Under the pieces are notes generated by a model. The model was not told where the DNA came from and did not search any database. It was given only the letters and a program-made list of their open reading frames with translations. A program made the position numbers and the translations under genes. Below, in pieces: positions 38,095-51,449 of a stretch of 64,000 nucleotides of DNA (positions within the stretch are counted from its first letter, which is position 1; every line of letters begins with the position of its first letter). Source of the DNA: Nitrospirales bacterium (GTDB taxonomy: Bacteria > Nitrospirota > Nitrospiria > Nitrospirales > UBA8639); contig CBDBCZ010000017.1 of the NCBI GenBank assembly GCA_965203295.1, positions 1,696,001 through 1,760,000 of the forward strand, given 5' to 3'.

Positions 38095-39566
38095 GTAAGT
38101 TATACTAACTGCTCATTGTCTTTATTAATTCCCCTCAAGTGGTCATTAGAAGCCATTCTGAGAGTAGTGATGTTACAATTTCTCATGCTATATTTGACCT
38201 GTAAAGCTGTAGTAGTTGATTGGCCTGAAAGGATGGGCTCAATTTCAAGCGTTAACCTTAGCATAGCCCGTGTGCTAATTCAGTATCACTTTAACTGCTG
38301 TTCTCAATTTCAGTGTCGAATGTTTAGGTTGTTGTGCTCAGTCATTATATTGTGGAGGATTCGGAAGGCCTATAAATGGAATGATAGTCAGTAGTCATAC
38401 AATTAGGTGTCACCTCCATGTGTTTGTATGAAACATTATAGCATCTGCCAACGGCAGTAGTGCTGCTGACTGCATGAGCCACGTGGAGGCAGCTCCATAT
38501 TGAAGCCTCAAATTGTGTGGATAATTGACTCGGTCACAGTGTGAGGAAAGTGCATAGTACCGGTACCTGCATGTTCTTTTAATAGCCAAAGCACTTAGTG
38601 TAATTTGTGTAATGTCCATATGTTATAGAACATTGAGCATCTGCCAGTGGCAGTATGTAGTCTCATCCCCAGACCCTCTCCTTACATGTAAAAAATGTGG
38701 GAAAAAATGGGAGGAGAGGGTCTGGTGAAGGTGATACAGAAGAAAGGGATTAATGGGGTGTTTGTGTGTGGGTTTTGCTGATGCAATCTCAGTTATCCAA
38801 AATAAGTGTGGCTTGTGCACACATCTGAGGGTGGGGCTGGCAGCTACAGAACTTTTGTCCTTTTTGTGGCACATTCCTGAGGTTTTGTGTGGCAGTGTGT
38901 ATCTTCCTGTCAGCCATTTCCAGTCTTTACTTTCCCAATAGTTAGAATGTACTGTACTTGCATGATTTATGGCGTCTATGTTTCAGTACCCACCTATCAT
39001 ATGAAGGAAAGCCTTGGAACAGTGCTTGTTCATCACTTCAAATAATATGGAGCTAGCACCATGTCTATGTCTGAACACTCTGTTTCTTAAATGGTATCTT
39101 CCATTACTAGTACTAGGCTAGTTATGAAATGTCATTGGCATGCCACATACTCCCTGTGTACCTATCGGGGGGTGCTTAGGATGCTGTAGTACTCACCCAC
39201 CCACTCCCTGGTTTGCCCGTACCTCCTTGGATGTATCTGCTTGTTTTATACTGTCCACAGTGAATTGTATTGTAGACACAGTCTCTCTTTCAAGTTGAGT
39301 ATGGACTTTATAATAGAGTTTAGCATACATGATAATAGTTTCACAAGAAAGGTAGCTAAATTCATAATTCCAATGTATGGGCTCAGTACATGGTAGTAAT
39401 GTTGAAGTTTTATCCACCCTACTCAAAGACTTTGAGAGCTAATAGTGTAGGCACTGTGTGATTGCAAGATGTCAGATGTTGTATGGTGCCATGAGTAGGG
39501 GTGGGCCTATCATATTTAATCGATTTGTTCATAATTCTCACTCTCTGGTCTTCCTCCCTTCCTCAG

Positions 39567-39665
39567 TTTGGGTTAACAGCCCTTATGCGTGCTAGTGTTC
39601 AAGGTCATCATGTCATTGTGCAAGAACTATTGTCCCTCAGAGCAGATCTCAATGTTCAAAGTAAA
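39567..39665 (+). CDS. Ankyrin exon 2 (F-type, 99 bp)
   Basis: cctcag|FGLTALMRASVQGHHVIVQELLSLRADLNVQSK|gtaagt. Confidence 0.9.
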
Positions 39666-40043
39666 GTAAGTTATACTAAATGCTCATTGCCCTTATAAAT
39701 TCCCTTCAAGTGGCCACAAAAAAGAATGATTTCTGTGTATTATACTGTGGATTTGCTATGTAAGTGACGAGTGAATGTGAATGTTTATGGAAGCTCACAA
39801 AAATTTGATCACAATACATTTCATCATGGAGAAGATTACATCATCGTAACATGCCATATGCCATAGTAGCTGCATTTCTCTGATGTGAACATTGCTTGGA
39901 AAGTTGTCATAACATAAATACTTCCGTTATCTGTGGTTAGGTTTCAATGCTTTTCACCCCCAAAGTTTATGTCTTAACTGGGCGATTTTCTTTGAAGAAC
40001 TTGAGTTTGTGTGCAGGTGTACAACGTGTTAAATTTTTAACTT

Positions 40044-41454
40044 CAAATAGTATCCAATAGCATTGGATGTTGGTCAAATAGTATCCAATAGCGTTGGATG
40101 TTGGTCAAATTGCGGCTACGGTAATGATTGACCTGAGTAAGGCTTTTGACACCATCAACCACGACTTGTTGTTGAGGAAGTTGTCTACTTATGGGGTACG
40201 TGGAAAAGAATTGTTGTGGTTCACAGACTATCTTGCGGGGAGAAAGCAGCGTGTGGTGGTGGATGGAGTTTCCTCAGAGTGGGCCAACATATCTATGGGT
40301 GTTCCTCAGGGATCTATCCTTGGACCACTGTTGTTTTTGATTTTTGTGAATGATTTACCGGATGCTGTGGAGGAGTGTTCTACTAACCTTTATGCCGATG
40401 ATACGACTATCTACTCGGCGGATGCAGATCCTGCAGTACTTGGTGCTAGAGTGGAGGGTGATCTGGGGAGAGTGGCAGGCTGGATTAACTCAAATGGGCT
40501 AAGAATGAATGTGGCTAAGACACAGTTGATGGTCCTCAGCAGGAAGGGGAAGCGAGCATGTGGGGATGCGGACTCTGTTCAGGTGAAGGTTGGGGATGTT
40601 GAACTGAAGAAGCAAGACTGTGTGAGGTATCTTGGGGTGGAGATCGACAAGGATCTTACCTGGAAGTCTCATATTGAGAAGGTGCATCAACAGTGCATGG
40701 GCAAGTTGGCAGTAATAAGAAGAGCTGGGTCATATCTGCCTTGTCACATCCGGAAGTTGCTATACCAAGCATTTATCCTCCCTCATCTGGATTATTGCTC
40801 TGTGGTTTGGAATAGCTGTGGACAAGGTTTGAGCGATCGTGTTGAGAGGATACAAAACTATGCCCTCAGAATGATTTTGCGTAAGCCCCCTCTCACAAGT
40901 AGTAAACTGCTCCAGCAGACTCTGGGCTGGACTACCCTGAGGGCAAGACGACACCATGCTATGCTCTGTCAGGTCCATCGTTGCTGCACTAACCAAGCAC
41001 CTCCATACCTATGCTCTAAGTTCTCTGTAAACTCAAACATTTCTGCCGTTAGGACTAGGGGCTCGGATAAGTTGCACTTGCCTCAACCTCGGACAAGCTT
41101 TTTCCACTCGAGTTTTGAATTTCAAGGAGCCATATGGTACAACAAGTTACCCAAGGACATTAGGGACCTTACGAGAAGTACTTTATTTAAGTCTGCTTTG
41201 CTTAAATATAATTGCACTAATTTGTAGTTTTTTTGTATATTATTATTTTCTTTTTTACTTTCCTTGTTGTTGCCTTGAGTCACTGACTGCCTTGCTGTTT
41301 GTTTTATTGTTGTTGTTGTTTTTGGTTTGCTCTTTTGGTTTCTTTCTTTTTTTTTGTTTTGTTTGTGCATCTCCAGGACCTGTATGAAAATCTACTCTGG
41401 GTTGTAGATACAGCACTCCTGCTGCAAAATAAAATTTTATCTATCTATCTATCT
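40044..41454 (+). mobile_element. 5'-truncated LINE (CR1/L2-group-like) with open RT ORF 40094-41227, T-rich 3' UTR and (ATCT)n tail
   Basis: IDLSKAFDTINH, GVPQGSILGPLLFLIFVNDL, LYADDT, YLGV, YCSVVW. aataaa is followed by atct repeats. A 31-bp tandem duplication sits at the 5' junction. Confidence 0.95.
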
Positions 41455-42965
41455 AAATCTTTTAATGTTTAATGGGTACGTCCATAAATGTATGATAATG
41501 GTACTACTCAACTATGAAAATTGGATGCTTTGACCCTGTATGTCTTATATCCCCAAATGGAAACAAATGACAGCCTGTTTGTAGCTTAAATTCCAATTCT
41601 TGACTTGTACCTAACTGGAACCAGTACTGTATTATTTTACCAGTGGAAATTGTCAATCATAATTGACAATCACATGTTGTGATAAAGAGTATACTACCTG
41701 CCTACGCTGCAAAAAGTCATCACAAACAAGCCTTATGGTGGTGCTAGTGTGGTGGGTTGGCCAGCAACCAAAGCAGTGGCTTTGCATTTGCGTCTAAATC
41801 ACTCGCAGGATGTAGACTAATATTTATGTATGATGCACAAAATACCTGTTGTTGCAGCTAGTGAGGAGCATGTGTAAGGAGTGTGCAGGAACAGCTTCAC
41901 ATGTACATACTGTAGTCTGTGTGATTGTGTTACGTATGTTGTGTGCGCCGGGACAGCAGTCTTGATTAATGATGTATTGGCAGTCATCACACCACTTAGA
42001 TTGGGCTGATCTTTATGTGGTGTAACTCCTGCTCTATGACTACTTGTTTGTAGTAATTGGTAGTGCTTTCTCTACAGGCAGCTCAGTGTGCTTATTTACC
42101 TGTGATAGGTTAGCCGTATAGTACGTATGCATGCGTGACGAGTGTATTAATGATGATACCAGTACCAGTCAGTAGAGAATGAAAAAAGAAAAAATAAGCA
42201 ATGCCTTTGAGAGTTCAGCATCTTTTACAAGTCACCAAGGTATATCTATCATGTAGGAACATATGAAATCGTGCGCTGTTGCTGAGCATGCAAGCACTAC
42301 TGGTTTGCGTGGGCAAGCTCAGCACGATTCCCATCTTGAGCCGTGCACCCCACATTTAGATAAATCGGTTGTACCCTCGATGCTACCTTTATGTCACACA
42401 CGGGAGAAGTGTTACCAGGCATTCCGTTTTTTTTTTCGTTTTTTTTCTTGCAGCGAAAAAAGCTGGGACGGCTGGGTTTGAGGCTACATGTTTAGCTTGT
42501 ATTCTCCATGTACATGAATATGCAGTCACTTTTTAGTATAATTAAACAACAATATTTTTGACCATCTTTTGTTCCTTAACCCATCACAACTTCTCTCGTG
42601 TGTGTTGTCTTTGCATGATGGAAGCCTCTGTGGTCCTTTGGTTTAGGGCTTCTACGAATTATAAAATGGCCATGCACCATGAGGTGTGGCATAGCTCTAA
42701 TAGTGCATACTAATAATTGATCATACAGCTTTGAAAATTATCCATATGTCCACTATAGCAATGCCTTTCAAACATTGACACACTATTGTACAAATAATCT
42801 TGTGTATTACATGCTGGCATAATTCTGCTATTCAATACATTATCTAGCAGTATGTACAAAGTTGTACTAACAAGTATGGTTAAATTCTGCTATTAGAGAT
42901 AGGTCGGGTCATGTGCATATGGGATATGGTAACTAGATAATTGTTTGCTGCTTGGAAAGAAAATA

Positions 42966-43467
42966 CAGTGGAACCTCGATTATCCGAACCTCGATTATCC
43001 GGATTGGAAAATTGTAATGAAGTTCAAAGTGCACGTGCGAATCGCACGTACCACGTGCGTTAACTAGCTCGTTCCTTTTAGCGGTTCATGGCTACTGCAA
43101 AGCATAAAAGAGTTGTTCTGTCGATGTCTGACAAAGTGGAGGTGATAAAACTGGTGTTATTTAAGCCCACCACGTTTATTAAACTGTTTGGAGTCCAATT
43201 ATAGGAGAGGAACTAACGTTGGAGCAGGAAGGAAGCAATAGCCATGATTACTTTGCTACAGTAGTGAAAAAGGACGGTAATGTTGTTGGTCGTGTACCCA
43301 CGGAACTCCCCAAGATCTATTGGAATTTTTTAGCAAGAGGAGGACGGATAAACTGCGAAGTGACAGGAAGAAGAAAGCGAGGGAAAGGATTAGAAGAACC
43401 CTGTATTTACAAATTTGGAGGAAGCATGAAGCTGATCTCAAAGCTTCGGATAATCAAGGTTCCACTG
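42966..43467 (+). mobile_element. Tigger/pogo deletion derivative: transposase N-terminus joined to a HIRAN-like segment
   Basis: TA|cagtggaacctcgattatccgaa...ttcggataatcaaggttccactg|TA. MATAKHKRVVLSMSDKVEVIK at 43088, then HHVY*TVWSPIIGEELTLEQEGSNSHDYFATVVKKDGNVVGRVP..FLARGGRINCEVTGRR..GKGLEEPCIYKF. The paralogous site at ~49934 is empty. Confidence 0.9.
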
Positions 43468-43780
43468 TACCCGCCTTTAGTTTGGAGTCTCCTGTCTTTG
43501 TAATTACATTACAGCAGCTCTGGCTTCATTCACTCTGAACCTTCAATACAAATGCATTAGTGTAGCCTTGTGTTGCTAATCAGGCATGGCTACACTGTAA
43601 AATGAATGGCCTCATTCTACTCATTCCGCATCAGACAGTGTTTAGCATTGTCTCTTCCTGTGTAGCATTTGCGGTGCGTTCAGAAAAAAGGTATTCAACC
43701 AAAGCATAATATTCAACTCTCTCTTAATTGAACCACCAAGATTTGAATTGTTATGGGCAATCTTTGTCCTCTCTCTATAG

Positions 43781-43879
43781 CATGGAATAACAGCTCTGAC
43801 CTTGGCCACTGAGAAGGGTCATCATCTCATTGTACAACAACTACTACAAGGTGGAGCAGACCCCAACCTTCAGACTGAG
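43781..43879 (+). CDS. Ankyrin exon 3 (H-type)
   Basis: ctatag|HGITALTLATEKGHHLIVQQLLQGGADPNLQTE|gtaagc. Confidence 0.9.
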
Positions 43880-44602
43880 GTAAGCTATATAGGTGTACAA
43901 CTGGTTTTTTTCTATAGACTGCTGTATGTCACGCACTAAGGCGTTAGTGAGGCAAAGCATTTCAGATTGTAACAAGTCAAGTACCGTATAGCAGGAAATT
44001 TTCGCCAGGGGTAAATTTTCGCCAATTTCGCCAGTCAGTTCTAGTGGTGAAACTTTAATCGGTGAAAATTTTGTCGGGTATGTAAAAAGTTTGGACCGGT
44101 GAAATTTTATACATAGTCAACGATAGCATGCAGCTGCGAAAGTTTAATAAGCTCATCATAGGCCTGGATGGGTGGCCTCAGTTTCAATAGTAAACAGAGC
44201 CCATTGTCTTATATAGTATCACTTTAACTGTTGTTTATATAACCCATTCACCGCCGTTGCCGCCATATGGTGGCATGGGTACAAATATTGTGGTGTAGCG
44301 CACAGTAAGGCCTTTAGTTTCCTGTTTTTGTAATTGCATTACAGCAGCCCTGGCTTCATGCACTCTGTACCTTCGATACAAATGCATTAGTGTAGCCTTG
44401 TGTTGCTAATCAGGCATGGCTACACTGTAAAATGAGTGGCCTCATTTACTCATTCTGCATCAGGCAGTGTTTAGCATAGTTTCTTCCTATTTAGGTACGT
44501 TCAGAGAATAGATATTCAGCCAAAGAGTAATATTCAACTCTCATCATAATTGAATCACCAAGAATTGAATTGTTATGGGCAGTCACTGTCCTCTCTCTAC
44601 AG

Positions 44603-44701
44603 CATGGAGAAACAGCTCTGACCTTGGCCAGCTTGAAGGGTCATCATCCCATTGTACAACAACTACTACAAGGTGGAGCAGACCCCAACCTTCAGACTGA
44701 G
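44603..44701 (+). CDS. Ankyrin exon 4 (H-type)
   Basis: ctacag|HGETALTLASLKGHHPIVQQLLQGGADPNLQTE|gtaagt. Confidence 0.9.
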
Positions 44702-45578
44702 GTAAGTTAGGTGTAAAACAGATTTTTTTCTATAGACCTCTGTTTGTCACACACTAAGGCGTTAGTGAGACAAGCATTTCACATTGTACCAAGTCAAGTG
44801 ATGTATTATAGCCTGTAATTTATTGAAACACTTTGCTCAGTGTGTAGAAATAAATATGCCATAAGGAATAATGCTCCTCCAGTTGTCTGAGGTGATGTTA
44901 GCAAGTGCACCAATAAGAATTGTAGCATATTAACACTATACAGTGTACATGTACATGTATTATGGAGTACGGTATTACTCCATATGTAGGGATGGCATGG
45001 GAAAAAAAGGCAGCCCCATATAACGCGTACAAAATCATACGTTCAGAACTCGACTCTGATTATAGTCATACGCTTTTATGAGCCATACCATGACATCTCG
45101 AGTGTTTTTATCAGCAACAAGACTGTTAGCACTGGCTGCGTGATTATTGCAAAATGATTAGACTACACTTTGGCATCTGGAATGATTAAGCAAGAGAAAT
45201 GTCACAAATACAGTAATTGTACGTTTTGTATTGCATATGTGATAGGTTTCCAAGTTTTGTTTTTGAATTCTATAGTATCTTCTTTTTGTATCAATAGCAT
45301 GATTAACTTTGCCAAAAAGTGCAAAAACTAGTCATGTAGAGATGCACTTCCACCAAAATACTCTTCCCCAAAAACCAATGAAACAAGCGACAATGCACAC
45401 CGCAATGCATGCACATACTACCCACACATCACAGCGCAATGCGTAGCTACCATCCCTACATCTTTCCAACCGCACCCACCACAATTCTGTATATTTGAGA
45501 TGGGAATAATGGTAGTGCAATTTGGTGTGTGTGTGTGTTGCTAAGGAGTGAGTATTTGGTGGTTGTGGAAGGTATATA

Positions 45579-46095
45579 CCGTATTTCCGCGATCAGACGC
45601 CGCCCTCGATTAGTAGCCGCCCTCGAATTATAGCCGCACCTCCGGAAGTGCTGAACGAAATAGTGGCCGCCCTCGAATAATAGCCGCGGCTAAAATTCAA
45701 GTACCGCATAAGCAAGAAGATGTAGCAACTACAGTAAAAGTAGAGTAATACTTGACTTTGCTAGCTAACAGTTATCGGACCTCACCTTTGTCTTCTTCGA
45801 GATTGCGAATTTAAGGGATCAGAGCCCGACGGAGGCTGCCCGCGAATCTATATTTTCGATACCTCTCCCCTCAAAAAACAGCTGGCATTGTAGCATGACG
45901 GCTTTTCGATAGTGTTGAGGCACGAACGGCGATTTTCAAACGGATTTAAACTGCTGTTGTACATCGCTGTGTAACCAGTAAACCCCTCAATCTAATAAAC
46001 GCCACCCTCGATTAGTGGCCGCCCTCGAATAGTGGCCGCGGAAAATCACGCGATGAAATAAATAGTAGCCGCGGCGTCTGATCGCGGAAATACGG
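45579..46095. mobile_element. 517-bp CCGTA MITE, copy 2
   Basis: Same length, TIRs and TA flanks as 19624-20140. Confidence 0.95.
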
Positions 46096-46278
46096 TAGCT
46101 GAAAGTGTTAATTGTATCATGGAGTACGGTAGTACTCCATATGTAGGGATGGCACAGGAAAAAAATGGCGGCCGCATTAAGCCTGTACAAAATCGTGCAT
46201 TCAAATGTCTGCTATGCGAGTAGTCAGAAGCTTTTATGAACTGTACCTGTTATACTCGGGCGTTTTTATCATCAAAAA

Positions 46279-46828
46279 GAGTGATATGATACTCCATGAT
46301 TACCCCGCGGCGCGTAGGCGGCGGCGGGGTTAAGCAATTGGTTCTGTCTGTCCGTCCGTTCGTCTGTCAGGTGTCTGTCCACTCAAAAATCGGGCTATCT
46401 CGCGATTTACAGGGTTAAGGGATTGCTAAACACGACAGTAACATTGAAATCAAAAAAAAAATGTCCGGGTGTGTACCTGATAGTTGCCACAGCGGTTCCA
46501 TTCACTGTATCTACAGCTCTTTCTTATTTAACAGCGGTGCATTCTGCCATTTTAATACGGTCACAACTAGAATGTGATAGAGGCCGGGCATATACGGACT
46601 CTGGTCACGTGTTCATATTGGCAATCAGTCACGCCCACCACTTCCCATAGGATATACAGATATATACGCATACATATACACGAGCGCTGTACACTCTGCG
46701 TGCGGATAACAGCCAGTGATATACATGTACACTTTGCCAACTACTCCATCAGCCCAGTCTGCAGTCCTGCCAGGTCCAAGTTGTGAATTATGCACCGCGG
46801 GGTATGTCTCTGCTAGAGACTTCTAGTT
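46279..46828 (+). mobile_element. Helentron/DINE-like non-autonomous element
   Basis: The 5' end ttaccccgcgg is followed by a (GTCY)n tract. The 3' end has inverted ccgcggggta and terminates in ctagtt. Related pieces lie at ~53100-53360 and ~63670-63800. Confidence 0.55.
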
Positions 46829-47269
46829 GTTAGAAGGTATCGAAATCGGCAGGTGGCTAAACAGCCATTGTTACAATTCTTCTTTGTTTCTTCTTTCTTC
46901 CACCAGGCTAGCGCAATAGTAGCTACAGCTATTACAGCTGTTCTAACACGAACAGGCATACGTTTTCATGGGGTATTGCACGCATAGCATAGCGTTTTGA
47001 AAAACTCGAATTCGTTCAGCAGTGACTCACGAGTGCTCTCGAATCGACGTTTGCGGTTTCACGCCATTTAATGACTCAGATTGCACATGTGCAGACTGCC
47101 TGCCATCACGTGTTTTTCTATTTAATGCCTACCTTTGATCGTGCAGCTGAGTAGCTGAGTTGCATGCAGCTCCTGGTTGTATAGCCACTGTGTAAATTAC
47201 ACGTACTATAGCTATTAAATGGAATACACTGTCGTGTTTTGGTTGGCATAATTTGAGAAAGAAAAGGGT

Positions 47270-48530
47270 CCAGAATCAACAATGGTTCATTCAAAACTGA
47301 CCATAAAGTATAAGGCAGCTGCTTGGCCATGGGCAGCTTCCTGTGCTAGCTATAGTGCTAACCCTGACAAAAAAAGGGCAGCCTCACGTGCCTGTTACAT
47401 AGCTGACCCTGACAAGAGACCTTCACCACCATGCGCTTGCAGGCAATGGTCTTCCTGATGTCACTGGTCGAAACTTACACTACAGGCAACCTCCTCAAAC
47501 GCGTTCCATTTCAACACCATCCACCACGCACATAATCATTTACACCTACACATTTGTTACCACCTCACAAAAAAACACCCCAAAACAAATTACAGAAAAA
47601 GCACTTTGCCAAAAAGTGCAAAAAATGTAATGTAGAGATGCATGCACTTCCACCAAAAAACACTTCCTCAAAAACCAATGAAACAAGTGACGATGCATAC
47701 CGAAATGCATGCACAGACTACCCACACATCACAGCGCAATGCATTTACCGCGTAGCTACCATCCCTACATCTTTCCAACCACACCCACCACAATCCATAC
47801 CACGCCCCCATACTCAAATGCACACCCAATACTTCCTTCAACACACACAACCATCCGTAATTATCCCGACACTTCGTCTCCATCTAACAGCCACCCTTAC
47901 ATTATCATTACATACTTCACAAAACACAACACCCACACTACATCCAACCCAAATCTTCACATGAACACTTTACTCCCGTCAAAATACACTTAGCTCCACA
48001 AATCCTACATTCACAAGCATGGTGTGGTATGGATAGTGGTGGGTGGGGTTGGAAAGATGTAGTGATGGTAGCCACGCATTGCGCTGTGATGTGTGGGTAG
48101 TATGTGCATGCATTGCGTTGTGCATTGTCGCTTGTTTCATTGGTTTTGGGGGAAGAGCATTTTTGGTGGAAGTGCATTTTTGGTGGAAGTGCATCTCTAC
48201 ATGGCTAGTTTTTGCACTTTTAGCAAAGTGCTTTTTCTGTAACTTGTTTTGGGGCGTTTTTTAGGGAGGTGGTAACAAATGTGTAGTTGTAAATGTACGT
48301 TGTGGATGGTGTTGGAATGGAACGTGTTGGAGGATTGTGTGTGTAGTATTTTCGATTTGTACTCCCGTCTGCATCAGGAAGGCCTTCGTCCGCATATGCA
48401 TGGGGGATGGAAGTCTCTTGTCAGGGTCAGCAGTATAGCTAGCATGGGAAGTTGCTTTAGCAGCTGCCTATATACTTTGTCGGACTTGAAATTATGTACC
48501 GTTGTTTATTCTGGGTTCTTTTCTGCCTCA
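47270..48530. mobile_element. Fold-back element with ~500-bp imperfect inverted arms
   Basis: ~47480-47800 is the reverse complement of ~48025-48340, with weaker similarity further out. Arm fragments also occur at 45305-45480 and 59960-60090. Confidence 0.8.
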
Positions 48531-48695
48531 AATTGTTTGGTATACTGCATGCAAAGTACCTTGTAATTCCAAGAAGACCAGCAATCACATGAATGAATGT
48601 GAAACCCTTACTTTCATGCGCTTTCACGCTTCCACTAATAATATTTAATCGATTTGTTCATAATTCTCACTCTCTGGTCTTCCTCCCTTCCTCAG

Positions 48696-48794
48696 TTTGG
48701 GTTAACAGCCCTTATGTGTGCTAGTGTTCGAGGTCATCATGTCATTGTGCAAGAACTATTGTCCCTCAGAGCAGATCTCAATGTTCAAAGTAAA
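48696..48794 (+). CDS. Ankyrin exon 5 (F-type)
   Basis: cctcag|FGLTALMCASVRGHHVIVQELLSLRADLNVQSK|gtaagt. Confidence 0.9.
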
Positions 48795-50248
48795 GTAAGT
48801 TATACTAAATGCTCATTGCCCTTATAAATTCCCTTCAAGTGGCCACAAAAAAGAATGATTTCTGTGTATTATACTGTGAATTTGCTATGTAAGTGACAAG
48901 TGAATGTGAATGTTTATGGAAGCTCACAAAAATTTGATCACAATACATTTCGTCACAGAGAATATTACATCATCGTAACATGCCATATGCCATAGTAGCT
49001 GCATTTCTCTGATGTGAACATTGCTTGGAAAGTTGTCATAACATAAATACTTCCGTTATTTATGATGATGTTTTAATGTTTTTCACTCCCAATGTTTAAC
49101 ACTTTAAACGCGGAAATTACATAATGTGAAGACACCCAGACGCGGTTTTACCACGTGAAAGAAGAAATGGCAACGGCGGGCAGCCATAAAATTTGCTGTC
49201 TTGTGGCAAAAGAAGCAGCTACCGTAATGCTACAATATTTTGCGTGTGAGAAACCTTTGCAATTTTGTCATTTTGCAATTAATTCAAGTACTTTACGATC
49301 TGGTTTGCGTGGGCAAGCTCAGCACGATTCCCATCTTGAGCCGTGCACCCCACATTTAGATAAATCGATTCTACCCTCGATGCTACCTTTATGTCACACA
49401 CGGGAGAAGTGTTACCAGGCATTCCGTTTTTTTTCTTCGTTTTTTTCTTGCAGCGAAAAAAGCTGGGACGGCTGGGTTTGAGGCTACATGTTTAGCTTGT
49501 ATTTTCCATGTACATGAATATGCAGTCACTTTTTAGTATAATTAAACATTAATATTTTTGACTATCTTTTGTTCCTTAACCCATCACAACTTACACTGTG
49601 ACATAAAAAGGCCATGCACCATGAGGTGTGGCATAGCTTTAATAGTGCATACTAATTGATCATACAGCTTTAAAAATTGGCCAAATGTCCACATAGCAAT
49701 GCCTTTAAACATTGACACACTATTGTACAAGTAGGCTTGTGTATTACATCCTGACATAATTCTGCTGTTCAAGACAACATCTAGAAGTATGTACAAAGTT
49801 GTACTAGTTTGAGTGCAAGTATACATGTACATGTATGCCACTAACCTGGTTTGGTTCTGTTATTAGGGAGAGGTCAAAGGTCATGTGCATATTGGATATA
49901 GTAGCTGAATAATCGTTTGCTGCTTGGAAAAAAAATACCCGCCTTTAGTTTGGAGTTTCCTGTCTTTGTAATTACATTACAGCAGCCCTGGCTTCATTCA
50001 CTCTGAACCTTCAAAACAAATGCATTAGTGTAGCCTTGTGTTGCTAATCAGGCATGGCTACACTGTAAAATGAGGGGCCTCATTAACTCATTCTGTATCA
50101 GGCAGTGTTTAGCATTGTCTCTTCCTGTTTAGCATTTGCGGTACGTTCAGAGAAAAGGTATTCAACCAAAGCATAATATTCAACTTTCATCTTAATTGAA
50201 CCACCAAGATTTGAATTGTTATGGGCAGTCACTGTTCTTTCTCTACAG

Positions 50249-50347
50249 CATGGAGAAACAGCTTTGATCTTGGCCACTGAGAAGGGTCATCATCCCATTG
50301 TACAACAACTACTACAAGCTGGAGCAGACCCCAACCTTCAGACTGAG
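50249..50347 (+). CDS. Ankyrin exon 6 (H-type)
   Basis: ctacag|HGETALILATEKGHHPIVQQLLQAGADPNLQTE|gtaagc. Confidence 0.9.
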
Positions 50348-51085
50348 GTAAGCTAGGTGTACAACTTGTTTTTTTCCTATAGACCCCTGTATGTCACACA
50401 CTAAGGCGTTAGTGAGACAAAGCATTTCACATTGTAACAAGTCCAGTGAAGATCAGTGTTTTATAGCCTGTAGTTCGTTGGAACACTTTGCTCAGTGTGT
50501 AGAAATGATGTTGTAACTAAGAATGCTCCTCCAGTTTTCAGAGACGGGTTTTTAGCAAGTGCACCAATAAGCAGTATAGAAAAGGATACTGTAACAGTGT
50601 ACACGTACATGTCCATAATATAATGGCCTTTGCTTTCTCTTGGTGTGAATACGCTATGATCAATTTTTGCCATAAGTGAGCTTGTAAAACATTATAGCCT
50701 TAGGTTTAAACCTCTTATCACTGTTAGCATTATCAGGATTTTATTCAGGATTAATCTTTTTTGGGGAGGGAAGGAGGGGGGTGGGGCACAGTTCTTTGAG
50801 CACATAGACAAGCTCAGCACAACCATATCTAGGGACGTCTAGGGCATACCCCCCAATTCATCCTAGCCAGCCATCTGATTGTTTCTGGAGCACTTTGTGT
50901 AACAGATTGAGACTGCCAGTATTCTTAAAGTACTATGCATACGTGTCACTTTACAAGGACCATGTAAACTCTCCAATAATAACCCTGGAGCCACTCTAGC
51001 GCACTGGAAGAATGATATCTAATTCCATTCACACTTATTAGATTTATTCATAATTGTCGCTTTCTGGTCTTCCTCACTACCTCAG

Positions 51086-51184
51086 AATTTGAACACAGCC
51101 CTTATGCTTGCCAGTGCTAAAGGTCATCATGATATTGTGAGAGAACTGTTAGCCACCACAGCAGATGTCAATATTCAAAATAAA
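51086..51184 (+). CDS. Ankyrin exon 7 (N-type)
   Basis: cctcag|NLNTALMLASAKGHHDIVRELLATTADVNIQNK|gtaagt. Confidence 0.9.
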
Positions 51185-51449
51185 GTAAGTTATACTAAAT
51201 ACTCATTGTCATTATAAATTCCCCTCAAATGGTCTCGCAAACACTTCCAAGGGATTTGTGTGTATTACACTGCGGGTTTGCTATAAAATGACAAAATTTT
51301 GAGAGTGGTCATCTCCACATGCCAGTGTTGGTTATTGAACAGCTTAAATTATAATTGTTTTATTGGCCTGGATGGGTGGCCTCAGTTTCAATAGTAAACT
51401 TAACATAGAGCCCATTGTCTTATATAGTATCACTTTAACTGTTGTTTAT

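Noticed and set aside
40094..41227. RT as a retron or diversity-generating retroelement acting on the ankyrin repeats
   Set aside because: It has ordinary LINE RT motifs, a 3' UTR and a tail. Ankyrin differences are not adenine-specific and there is no template/variable repeat pair.
47554..48566. Multiple overlapping ORFs
   Set aside because: They lie in a fold-back repeat and have no recognisable protein motifs.
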